A DNA stretch of 64,000 nucleotides from Macrostomum lignano. Taxonomy: Eukaryota. This document shows, one piece after another, positions 26,872 through 38,675 of this stretch. The translations under genes and the position numbers were made by a program. How positions within the stretch are numbered: the stretch's first letter is position 1; each line of letters starts with the position of its first letter. Below the pieces are notes generated by a model that did no database searches, was not told the origin of the DNA, and saw only the letters and a program-made list of their open reading frames with translations. The stretch spans positions 1 through 64,000 of the forward strand of contig NIVC01000700.1 of assembly GCA_002269645.1 (NCBI GenBank), read 5' to 3'.

Positions 26872-28730
26872 TCTGTCTTTGAGGATATGCTGGCTGAGGG
26901 TGCTGTCTTTGAGGTTGTGCTGTCTTTGAGTTTGTGCTGTCTTTATGTTTGTGCTGTCTTTGAGGCTGTGCTGTCTTTGAGGCTGTGCTGTCTTTGAGGC
27001 TGTCTTTGAGGTTGTGCTGTCTTTGAGGCTGTGCTGTCTTTGATGCTGTGCTGTCTTTGAGGCTGTCTTTGAGGTTGTGCTGTCTTTGAGGCTATCTTTG
27101 AGGTTGTGCTGTCTTTGAGGTTGTGCTGTCTTTGAGGTTGTGCTGTCTTTGAGGCTGTGCTGTCTTTGAGGCTGTCTTTGGGGTTGTGCTGTCTTTGGGG
27201 TTGTGCTGTCTTTGAGGTTGTGCTGTCTTTGAGTTTGTGCTGTCTTTATGGTTGTGTGTCTTTGAGTTTGTTCTGACTTTGAGGCTGTGCTGTTTTTGAT
27301 GCTGTGCTGTCTTTGAGGCTGTCTTTGAGGTTGTGCTGTCTTTGAGGCTATCTTTGAGGTTGTGCTGTCTTTGAGGTTGTGCTGTCTTTGAGGTTGTGCT
27401 GTCTTTGAGGCTGTGCTGTCTTTGAGGCTGTCTTTGGGGTTGTGCTGTCTTTGGGGTTGTGCTGTCTTTGAGATTGTGCTGTATTTGAGGTTGTGCTGTC
27501 TTTGAGGCTGTGCTGTCTTAGAGGCTGTGCTGTCTTTGAGGCTGTCTTTGAGGTTGTGCTGTCTTTGAGGTTGTGATGTCTTTGAGGCTGTGCTGTCTTT
27601 GAGGCTGTCTTTGAGGTTGTGCTGTCTTTGAGGTTGTGCTGTCTTTGAGGCTGTCTTTGAGGTTGTGCTGTCTTTGAGGCTGTGCTCTCTTTGAGGCTGT
27701 GCTATCTTTAAGGCTGTCTTTGGGGTCGTGCTGTCTTTGAGGCTGTGCTGTCTTTGAGGCTGTCTTTGAGGTTGTGCTGTCTTTGAGGTTGTGCTGTCTT
27801 TGAGTTTGTGCTGTCTTTGAGGCTGTGCTGTCTTAGAGGCTGTGCTGTCTTAGAGGCTGTGCTGTCTTTGAGGTTGTGCTGTCTCTGAGGTTTGAGGACA
27901 GTCTTTGAGGTTGTGCTGTCTTTGAGGTTGTGCTGTCTCTGAGGTTTGAGGACAGTCTTTGAGGTTGTGCTGTCTTTGAGGTTGTGCTGTCTTTGAGGTT
28001 GTGCTGTCTTTGAGGTTGTGCTGTCTTTGAGGTTGTGCTGTCTTTGAGGTTGTGCTGTCTCTGAGGTTTGAGGACAGTCTTTGAGGTTGTGCTGTCTTTG
28101 AGGTTGTGCTGTCTCTGAGGTTTGAGGACAGTCTTTGAGGTTGTGCTGTCTTTGAGGTTGTGCTGTCTTTGAGGTTGTGCTGTCTTTGAGGTTGTGCTGT
28201 CTTTGAGGTTGTGCTGTCTCTGAGGTTTGAGGACAGTCTTTGAGGTTGTGCTGTCTTTGAGGTTGTGCTGTCTCTGAGGTTTGAGGACAGTCTTTGAGGT
28301 TGTGCTGTCTTTGAGGTTGTGCTGTCTTTGAGGTTGTGCTGTCTTTGAGGTTGTGCTGTCTTTGAGGTTGTGCTGTCTTTGAGGTTGTGCTGTCTTTGAG
28401 GTTGTGCTGTCTTTGAGGTTGTGCTGTCTTTGAGGTTGTGCTGTCTTTGAGGTTGTGCTGTCTTTGAGGTTGTGCTGTCTTTGAGGTTGTGCTGTCTTTG
28501 AGGTTGTGCTGTCTTTGAGGTTGTGCTGTCTTTGAGGTTGTGCTGTCTTTGAGGTTGTGCTGTCTTTGAGGTTGTGCTGTCTTTGAGGTTGTGCTGTCTT
28601 TGAGGTTGTGCTGTCTTTGAGGTTGTGCTGTCTTTGAGGTTGTGCTGTCTTTGAGGTTGTGCTGTCTTTGAGGTTTGAGGACAGTCTTTGAGGTTGTGCT
28701 GTCTCTGATGCTGCGCTGTCTTTGGGGACA
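26872..28730. repeat. 17-bp tandem repeat (CTGTCTTTGAGGTTGTG)
   Basis: Read directly; homogeneous at the right, more degenerate at the left. Confidence 0.95.
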
Positions 28731-29444
28731 GCGTAAGCAGCCCAGCAGCCCAGAGCCAAAAGGCAGCAGCAGCAGAAGTGCACTCAGCGCTTGTCCGTGA
28801 CCGAAGTCGCATCGACTCGCATCCGAGTTGGAGGAGTAAGCTGGCGACCTATCGGTAGGGTAGGCAGCTCAGACACAGGAAGCGGCCTTAAAGCCCGACA
28901 TCTCACGCAGACTCATCATCGTTTTTCCTGACCCGCGGCACACAGGAAATCGGTCTGCAGGAGGCTGCAAGCCCCGCATCACACCCTCAGTAGCGTGCGA
29001 CAGCGAGGATGGGACAGGCGGAGCGGAAGGGGCAAAAGATGAAATAATCCTTTTCTGTCTCTCCCCCCAGGTCCTCGGCGCTCTCTCGCCCTCGCCCTCG
29101 CCGTCGCAGCTGCGCTGCTCGTCGACCCTCGAAATCTGGCCGCGTCAGTCCCCCCCGGCCTCCCTTTTTTGCAATTAATTTTCCCACGAAACGGATTCAG
29201 GCCCGCCCAGCCTCGATGAGGAATAGAAGCTGCTGAGAGTCCAGAAAGTTGTTTTGTTTTTTTGCCCAAAGCTTTTTATTCATTCCGAATGCGCCAAGTT
29301 GCTCTGGTCAGCATGCGCTTGAATGGGAGTTGCACTGGCTCAGTTTCAAATAATTCTCACACTGTTTTAAACTGCAAATATTTCTGAACCTCTGTAGAAA
29401 CTATAAATAATTATCAATCATTTTTTATTGTCAGGCTGCTGCGT

Positions 29445-29882
29445 CAAGAGCCGTATGGCTTGGGTCAGGCTTCTGGTCAAGAGCCATATGACTAGGGTCA
29501 AGCTGCTGGGTCAAGAGCCATATGACTAGGGTCAAGCTGCTGGGTCAAGAGCCATATGACTTGGGTCAGGCTGCTGCCATAGGTCAAGAGCCGTATGGCT
29601 TGGGTCAGGCTTCTGGTCAAGAGCCATATGACTAGGGTCAAGCTGCTGGGTCAGGAGCCATATGACTAGGGTCAAGCTGCTGGGTCAAGAGCCATATGAC
29701 TTGGGTCAGGCTGCTGCCATAGGTCAAGAGCCATTTGACTAGGGTCAAGCTGCTGGGTCAAGGGCCATATGGCTTGGGTCAGGCTGCTGGGTCAAGAGCC
29801 ATAGGGCTTGGGTCAGGCTGAGTCAAGAGCCATATGGCTTGGGTCAGGCTGCTGGGTCAAGAGCCATAGGGCTTGGGTCAAC
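29445..29882. repeat. About 35-bp degenerate tandem repeat (GGTCAAGAGCCATATGACTAGGGTCAAGCTGCTG-like)
   Basis: Read directly. Confidence 0.85.
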
Positions 29883-30336
29883 TGCATCAAGTTTCCCTAT
29901 CACAAAATGTCGGCCAGCCTCAAAGCCCAGTGATGGCTGCCGACTTGCCCACCTCCTTCCCACTTGCTGGCCGAATCGAATTAAGCGAGCCGAGAAATTG
30001 TCAATTAGCGGCTCCCGGGGCGGCTGTAGTGAAATAATAATAATAATAATACTAATATACATGCACAAGCGACACAGTCAGCCAACAGGAAGCTGCACGG
30101 GATTTCACCCGAGCCTCATCTAATTAGCTATCAGGCCAAAATTGGTGCGACAAAAGTGCGCCGGCAATTGCGCAGATTTACGAGTAGTGTAGTAAGGGTT
30201 TTTTTGCGGCTGAAAGCATTTTTATGGTTTTGGAAAGCCGAATTAAGGTTCAAAGTGTTCCATGCGCCCTTTGAAATAAAATAAAAATTAATTGGTGAAC
30301 TTGTGGTGATTCAATGTTTGAGTGATGATGTCAAAG

Positions 30337-31055
30337 TCGGTGAATTGAGAATCAGTGAGTTGAGAATCGGTGAATTGAGAATCGGTGAGTTGAGAATCGG
30401 TGAGTTGAGAATCGGTGAGTTGAGAATCGGTGAGTTGAGAATCAGTGAATTGAGAATCGGTGAATTGAGAATCGATGAGTTGAGAATCGGTGAATTGAGA
30501 ATCGGTGAATTGAGAATCGGTGAGTTGAGAATCGGTGAATTGAGAATCGGTGAGTTGAGAATCGGTGAATTGAGAATCGGTGAGTTGAGAATCGGTGAGT
30601 TGAGAATCGGTGAGTTAAGAATCGGTGAATTGAGAATCGGTGAGTTGAAAATCGGTGAATTGAGAATCAGTGAATTGAGAATCAGTGAGTTGAGAATCAG
30701 TGAGTTGAGAATCGGTGAATTGAGAATCGGTGAATTGAGAATCGGTGAATTGAGAATCGGTGAGTTGAGAATCGGTGAGTTGAGAATCAGTGAGTTGAGA
30801 ATCGGTGAATTGAGAATCGGTGAGTTGAGAATCGGTGAGTTGAGAATCGGTGAGTTGAGAATCGGTGAGTTGAGAATCGGTGAATTGAGAATCGGTGAAT
30901 TGAGAATCGGTGAGTTGAGAATCGGTGAGTTGAGAATCGGTGAGTTGAGAATCGGTGAATTGAGAATCGGTGAGTTGAGAATCGGTGAGTTGAGAATCAG
31001 TGAGTTGAGAATCGGTGAATTGAGAATCGGTGAGTTGAGAATCGGTGAATTGAGA
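30337..31055. repeat. 15-bp tandem repeat (TTGAGAATCGGTGAR)
   Basis: Periodicity read directly. Confidence 0.97.
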
Positions 31056-32518
31056 AAAATGACGAGGAAGGTCATTTGACAGATGCAATGCAGCCCGTTT
31101 AGTTCATTACAGACCTAAGCAGGCAGGGCGTTGCTGGGGAAGTTGTCCCCACACACGTCAGCCGATAATTTTCTCAGTGTGAAATCAATCCAAAGCATCG
31201 ACCCTGCCAGGTAAAAAATCGAATTTCACTCAGCAACAGAGCGATGTCAGTTTTAATTGACAGGAAAACTCTAAGCCAGTTGACACTTGCACTCACAACA
31301 GAGTGAAATATACTAAATAGGTCATCATGCCCCAAGTGCCTACTAGGAGTAGAGTTCCAGACTCTACTCTACTCCTACTCCTATAAAAACTTGCATGCGG
31401 CAGGATTAAAGGGGTTCGTATTAAGGATTTAAAAAATCAGCCGTCGTATCCTGGATATTATTAGCGGACTACATGATGTCTGCTCTAAACTTTGTCCTGG
31501 ATTACTGCAGGTTCCTCATTTTTAAATGAGTCTGAACATTGATTTGAGCATCCTTCATTATCATCATTGTCTAGACAAAAGCATAAATTGTCTCATTGCA
31601 CATTGTCTCATAAATGCATTTTTTGTAGTTTTGAATGTTGATTTCGTAGTCGTAAAGTACCTAACATAATTATACTGAAATGTTTTTGGCACTCTACTAA
31701 TAGTACTAATACATGTATAAGGAAAATGCGCTAAGAAAAATAATCAATAAAAGTTCAATGCAAGTACTGTGCTACTAACTTAATAGTTTCTAGTCACTAC
31801 ACAGGGAAACGTTTTGTCTGTAGGAAAGATTTGGCTGACTGTAGATTATATAATGTACATTGCATACGAACTTCAAGGACCAGCTTTAGTTTTATAGTTT
31901 TACTTATAAAAGCCATGAAACAGGCCTGTTTTCAAGAACTGTGGTTAGCTTTTTAGTAGCTTTAGTTAGACTTAGAACACAAGTAACTATCAACAGTAGT
32001 ATATTTTGCAGTCAATTATTTAGCGGCAGGGTTAGGCTATAGCATTGCACACACTCTCTGCTCGTGTATTTTTATAGATAGCACATTTCAAATTCGCAGA
32101 TCTTTTGACAATAATACTAGGAATGAGCAGCTAATGTATGGCACATGTTGTGGAGAGAAAACAGCCACGGAAAAACTTATTAATAAAAATATCAATAAAC
32201 AAAAGTGACTGGCAGTTTCTGCTTGATAAAAAATCTGGTTACTAAGAAATAAAAATGAAATATTGCAATACAACCGATTGAATTTTAACCTTATTACTAT
32301 TGCAGAAATTCGGCAATCAAAACTAAAACAAATACTGACTGGCTACTGACCAGATAAGTAGTATAAAAAGGACACGGAAGAAAAACATGAAGTAAGCAGG
32401 AATATATTTTCAAAGGCAGCACGCCACTCTACAAGGATAAACAATATTTTTTAAATATTTAAAATCAACAATCAGAGATGCGACACCTGATTGTACGCGC
32501 AAAATCGACAAGGCAAAT

Positions 32519-32720
32519 TTTCCGATCTAGATGATTAATTTCGCAACATATCGCCGATAACAAATATAAACTAAATTATTGATCAAATTCAAATTTTCCT
32601 ATCTAGATTATTAACTTCGCAACATATCGGCAATAACAAATATAAACTAAATTAATGATCAAATTCAAATTTTCCTATCTAGATTATTTAATTCGCAACA
32701 TATCGGCAATAACAAAAACC
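32519..32720. repeat. About 76-bp AT-rich tandem repeat, about 2.6 copies, downstream of the EHD stop codon
   Basis: The motif TTTCC.ATCTAGAT.ATT...TTCGCAACATATCG recurs at about 32519, 32595 and 32671. Confidence 0.8.
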
Positions 32721-32840
32721 AACTACTAAACTAATAACCAAATTCTGTAAAATTCGGCGTCACTGATTTTCGATAAATAAAAAACTAAAACAGATTAAAA
32801 TACAAATTGAGAAGTTATTTTTTCGACACATATTGGTCGA

Positions 32841-35800
32841 TCAGTGCCGGCTGCCTGGGGGCACCAGGTGTTCAGGCAGGGTGCCGGGCAGCTCGTGGCC
32901 GTCCAGCCGCAGCTGGATGAGATACTTGGCCAGCGCGAACTCCTCAATGTTCAGCATGCCGTCCTGGTCATAATCGGCCAGCTTCCAGATCTTGCCCAGC
33001 TGCTGGAACGGCAGCTTGGACCTGGTCATCTCGTCCTTGGCCTGGGCTCCGGTCAGCCGGCCGTCCACCGGGCCGAGGCTGTAAAACTGGGCGTCGAACT
33101 CGGCGCGGAATTTATTAACAACCCAGTCGTGCTCGAACTTGCCGTCCGACAGGCCGGGGTTGTCGCTGAAGGCGAAAGGGTTGTCGGCCGTGGCCTGGAC
33201 GAAGGCGCCGCCGGCGATGACGCCCCAGTCCTTGCTCTGATTGGTCGACTCCTGAATTTTGATCATTTATAAAATATACATTCGGTTGTGATTATACTAC
33301 TGACCAAACTACTGGCGATAGCATTTTACAACTATTTAAAAAAATAATTTTAAAACAAAAAATTTACTGGGTCATTGAAAGACAAAATTTGAAGCAAATC
33401 ACAAATCTGCGAAGATATAACATATTTCAATTGGCACAGACACGGAAATCTATTGCGCAGAAAAAGAGCAACTATGGTTACCCCCTGAAACAAGCGCATT
33501 ATGGTACAATTAAGTGTGCACCGAAGTAAGCGCAGCATTTTCAGTGGAACCGTTCGTCAAATTAAAAAAAATATGTATTACCTACATGATGTACAAGAAA
33601 GCTTTTACAAACAGCCTATTGATGATAGTAAATATTCAAATTGCACAGTATGTATGATATGAAAAGTGTAGCACTTTGCCCAGCAACAGTTTGCAGTGCG
33701 CACTGAGATAAAGGTCCATGATAGCAGCATAGCATACCTTACTTTAACTGCTAGACCCACACAGCTCAGAATAAAACCTTGAAATTCTGCCCTTATTTTT
33801 GCTTTGAATTTGTCATTTGAGATGTCGCTGTTTAGCCGCATAGGATAGGAATGCAAATTCACAGTATTCAAATTAGATTGAAGAAATTCTATATTGCCAG
33901 CTTTCACACCCTCCCACCAATCCTCCGTCAGGCTTACCTGCCGTCTGAAAACTTAGGATACTGCTCTCCCATGCTCCATATTTCAATACCTGAAGCTCTC
34001 ATCGCCCCCTCTTCAGCACCTGAAGCCCTCATCCGCCTCTATTTAGCACCTGAAGTCCTCATCCGCCCCCTCTTCAGCACCTGAAGCCCTCATCCGCCTC
34101 TATTTAGCACCTGAAGTCCTCATCCGCCCCCTCTTCAGCACCTGAAGCAGTCATCAGCCCCTCTTCAGCACCTGAAGCTCTCATCGCCCCTCTTCAGCAC
34201 CTGAAGCCCTCATCCGCCTCTATTTAGCACCTGAAGTCCTCATCCGCCCCCTCTTCAGCACCTGAAGCAGTCATCAGCCCCTCTTCAGCACCTGAAGCTC
34301 TCATCGCCCTCTCTTCAGCACCTGAAGAAGGCTTCATCCGCCCCCTCTTCAGCACCTGAAGCCCTCATCCGCCTCTATTTAGCACCTGAAGTCCTCATCC
34401 GCCCCCTCTTCAGCACCTGAAGCAGTCATCAGCCCCTCTTCAGCACCTGAAGCTCTCATCGCCCTTTCTTCAGCACCTGAAGAAGGCCTCATTCGCCCCC
34501 TCTTCAGCTCCTGAAGCCCTCATCGCCCTCTCTTCAGCACCTGAAGCCCTCATCCGCCCCCTCTTCAGCACCTGAAGCTCTCATCGCCCTCTCTTCAGCA
34601 CCTGAAGAAGGCTTCATCCGCCCCCTCTTCAGCACCTGAAGCCCTCATCCGCCTCTATTTAGCACCTGAAGTCCTCATCCGCCCCTCTTCAGCACCTGAA
34701 GCTCTCATCGCCCCCTCTTCAGCACCTGAAGCTCTCATCGCCCTCTCTTCAGCACCTGAAGCCCTCATCCGCCCCCTCTTCAGCACCTGAAGCCCTCATC
34801 CGCCCCCTCTTCAGCTCCTGAAGCCCTCATCCGCCCCCTCTTCAGCACCTGAAGCCCTCATCCGCCCCCTCATCAGCACCTGAAGCCCTCATCCGCCCCC
34901 TCTTCAGCACCTGAAGCCCTCATCCGCCCCCTCTTCAGCACCTGAAGCCCTCATCCGCCCCCTCTCACCTGCGGAATCATCTGCATCAGCTTGGCAATAT
35001 CCTCGCTCAGCATGCCGTCAACCGTAGCGACCAGCCGCTCTCTGAGCGGTTGGAATTTAGTAAAGTCGGCCTCCTCCAAGGCCTGCTGCATCCGCTGCAG
35101 ATTGGGCAAATCTCCCTGGCTGATATTGTGCTCCCTAGCAACCGTGGCGTACACCTGTGGCAAATCTTTAATCAGCTGCTTCTTCTTGCTGTCCTTGCCA
35201 AACATGGACGGCATCTGCTTTTGCAGGGCGGCAATGATGTAGGCGTGGGTCTTGGCCAGGCGGGCCCGCTTGATCAGGTCGTTCAGCTTGCGCAGCGTGG
35301 CGTTCCGGGGCAGCGACTGCAGGTCGCGGAACAGGTCTTGCGATTCCAGCTCGAACAGGCGCTTGTTGGTGTCGAACTTGAGTGGCTCGTTCCAAAAACT
35401 GCCGATGTACACTCGGGCCACCTCCGGGGTGTACAGCACCTTGCCTGCGGTGGTTGGGGAATTTTTGAAAAAAGTGCAAAACAGCTGGGCATTTTGGGAC
35501 ATATTTCCGGGCTATGTGAAAAAATGAATTAATTACAAACCGAAACTTGAAAATCATGAAATTTTACTATCCCGAAACTTCACAATTCCGAAACTTAAAA
35601 ATCCCGAAGCTTCACAGTCCCGAAAATTCACAATCCTGAAGCTTCACAACCACGAGAATTCACAATCCCGAAACTTCACATCCTGAAGCTTCACAATCCC
35701 GAAGATTCACAACCCCAAACTTCACAATCTGAAAATTCACAATCACAAAAATTCACAATCCCAAACTTCACAATCACAAAGATTTACAGTCCCTAAGATT

Positions 35801-38675
35801 CACGATCATAAAACTTAGCCTCAAACTTCACAATCTCTAATTTCACAATCCCGAAGATTCACAATCACGAAAATTCACAATCCTCAAGCGTCACAATCTT
35901 GAAACTTCACAATCTCAAAGATTCACAATCCCGAAGCTTCACAATCCTGAGACTTCACAATCACGAAAACTCACAATCCTGAAAGTTCACAATCAATCAC
36001 GAAAACTCACAATCCTGAAACTTCACAATCACGAAAAATCACAATCCCGAGTAGAAAGCCTGAGTTCCGGCCCGGGACCCGTTTCCTGTAAATATTTTAT
36101 CAGGCTGCACAGCCTTGACTGCATATATAGTATGCAGCTATGGATAGTAAGTATGTATATAAATATATATAAGCAAATATGTATAAGTACTATATATAAG
36201 TCTATTTTTGTCATTTACGCTCGTATCAATCGCGCACTGTCCATGTCCACGGCTGTCGCAAATTTAGTCTACTCGAATGCAATTGAATATTTAAGTGCAG
36301 ATTAAATGTCTATACCGGTACCGGAACTCCAGCCTTTGCCGAACTTCTCAACCCGGAGACTCCACAGCCCCGAAACTCCACAACCCTGAGACTCCACAAC
36401 CATGAGACTCCACAATCCTGAGACTCCACAACCCGGAGACTCCACAACCATGAGACTCCACAACCCCGAGACTCCACAACCCGGAGACTCCACAACCCTG
36501 AGACTCCACAATCCTGAGACTCCACAATCCTGAGACTCCACAACCCGGAGACTCCACAACCCCGAGACTCCAAAACCCTGAGACTCCAGAACCCTGAGAC
36601 TCCAGAACCAGGAGATTTCACAACCCCGAGACTCCACAACCCGGAGATTTCACAACTATGAGACTCCACAAACCTGAGACTCCAAAACCCTGAGACCCCA
36701 AAACCCTGAGACCCCAAAACCCTGAGTCTCCAAAACCCTGAGACTCCACAACCCTGGGACTCCACAACCATGAGACTCCACAACCCGAAATTCCACAACC
36801 CTGTGACTCCACAACCCGAAATTCCACAACCCTTAAAACTTGATAAATGGCTGCGGACTCACCCAGACTCCACATGAGCGCCCCGTACACCCGCATGAGC
36901 TGCTGCGAGTCCACCATATCGGACTTGTTGAGCACTATACGAATTTTGTCTTCATAGCCTTTCATGCTCTCGATGACCGCCTTGAATTCGTCAGAGATGT
37001 CCAGCTTGTGCGCGTCGAACAGCAGGACGATCCGGTCCACTCTGGCCGAGAACCATTCGATCACTTCGTTCATGGAGTAGCCGCGGTCCACGCGCTGCTT
37101 CTCGCCTGGGGAAGGCGGGAGGAGGCTGGGATGTGGCGATGATGATGCTCAGGGGTGAAACGGAACGGGTCAGGCTAAATGAGAACTGGCTGGGTAGGAA
37201 AACAGCGGGAAAGGAGGGTAGACGGAGGGTAAAGCGGTAGATGGTGGGTAAAGCAATAGATGGAGGGTAAAGCGGGAGACAGAGGGTAAAGCGGGAGACG
37301 GAGGGTAAAGCGGTAGATGGAGGGTAAAGCGGTAGATGGAGGGTAAAGCAATAGATGGAGGGTAAAGCGGGAGACGGAGGGTAAAGCGGGAGACGGAGGG
37401 TAAAGCGGTAGATGGAGGGTAAAGCAATAGACGGAGGGTAAAGCGGTAGATGGAGGGTAAAGCAATAGATGGAGGGCAAAGCGGGAGACAGAGAGACGCA
37501 AACGGGTGAAAAGCAGCAGGAGACAGATGAGCACTGCACTCAAAGTTAGCCAGATGCTCAGTGGAAGCAAGATGTTTTGGAAAAGATGTCCCTAAAGACG
37601 CGATCAAAGTTGACCATGGAAGACTCACCAGACAGGATGCCGGGCGTGTCAACGATAGTGATGGACTTGAGCACTTCGTTGCGCACAGTTGAGCACTGGA
37701 ACCGGTTCAGAAAGGCGTTACCAAACCGGCTCAGCGGACGGAAGGGATGCTGCGGGTCCACCACCAACGCGTTGCCTTGGAAACAGAAATTTGCAGATAA
37801 AATAAATCGGTTGCTTTGTTATCGATTGGAAAGTACTATCTCCTCTATCTGTCTGACTCACCCGGCACAACACCTTCAGTTTCGTCGTGCATGACAGCAA
37901 TGAATTTGTCGGTAGTTGGCTCAGGGCCAATGTGAATGCCGGGAAAGTCGCTCTCCAGCAGGTAGCGAATGAATGTAGTCTTGCCAGTGGAGTACTGGCC
38001 CACTAGCAGGATTATGGGCTTGCTGGGTGGATGAAAAAGTTCCAAGTGATGGGTGGATTTTTTGGGCTATGGCCTTGTCGTAAATATATTTCTTATCTTC
38101 TAGTGACCTTGAACGACTGCCCTAGAAACCTATCTAGTGATCCTGGAACCCTATCTAGTGATCCTGGCACTCTTCTAAGATCCTGGAACCCCTATAACAT
38201 TTGAACTGCTATACTTTCCCTAAAATTCATCTACCTATATACCAATTTGACACCAAAATTTGGTCAATAATCTTAAAGCCCATAGCTACTTGTTCTTAGC
38301 ATTTTTGTAAAATATATATATCTATCTAAAACACAAGCAACTAGATAAATAACTAAATAAGCAAGTATTTTTTGAGCCAAACTATTACAAAGGTGATATT
38401 TGCAATCAAAATAATTGATTGTGTCCTAGTTACAACTACTCAAATCAATTAGAATTAAAAGTGCTTTGACCAATAAAAGTACTATGGTAGTTTTTAATGA
38501 AAATAACTTACCTATGAAAATCAGCATCTTCCAGAGCTGGCGAATGAAAGTCATGAAATTTGTAAACCTCTTCCAATGGCAATAGCTTTGTCTTATAAAT
38601 CCTTTTCAGACCATTGGCTACAGTAGTAAATGTATCTGCTTCCTTAGAATCATTTTTATGCAAAAATGAAAACAT
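32841..38675 (-). CDS. EHD1: EH domain-containing protein (EHD1/Past1/RME-1 family dynamin-like ATPase), 533 aa, six exons
   Basis: Exons on the minus strand: 38675-38512, 38022-37862, 37775-37629, 37105-36863, 35444-34969, 33251-32841. All introns GT-AG with consistent phases; total 1602 nt. Motifs: KLLPLEE.Y.FHDFHSP, P-loop GQYSTGKT, IGPEPTTD, DTPGILSGEKQ, LFDAHKLDISDEF, NKSD, RVYIGSFW, and a C-terminal EH domain (LGKIWKLADYDQDGML..EEFALA). The paralog number is nominal. Confidence 0.97.
33985..34971. repeat. 31-bp minisatellite in EHD intron 5, abutting the splice donor
   Basis: Minus-strand unit CAGGTGCTGAAGAGGGGGCGGATGAGGGCTT; higher-order blocks are visible. Confidence 0.95.
35560..36048. 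repeat. Degenerate 16-17-bp repeat (TTCACAATCCCGAAA-like) in EHD intron 4
   Basis: Read directly. Confidence 0.85.
36340..36838. repeat. 16-bp tandem repeat (GAGACTCCACAACCCT-like) in EHD intron 4
   Basis: Read directly. Confidence 0.92.
37213..37492. repeat. 19-bp tandem repeat (GGGTAAAGCGGTAGATGGA-like) in EHD intron 3
   Basis: Read directly. Confidence 0.9.

Noticed and set aside
27833-28812. Secreted mucin/adhesive-like repeat protein (HFCCCCLLALGCWAAYA... followed by KDSTTSKTAQPQRQHNL repeats)
   Set aside because: The start is GTG, the 17-bp unit is not a codon multiple, several frames are open, and the array decays leftward. A signal-peptide-like look alone is insufficient; RNA-seq could reopen this.
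30303-31088. ELRIG / NSPIL pentapeptide-repeat ORFs
   Set aside because: A 15-bp satellite open on both strands, with no flanking gene structure.
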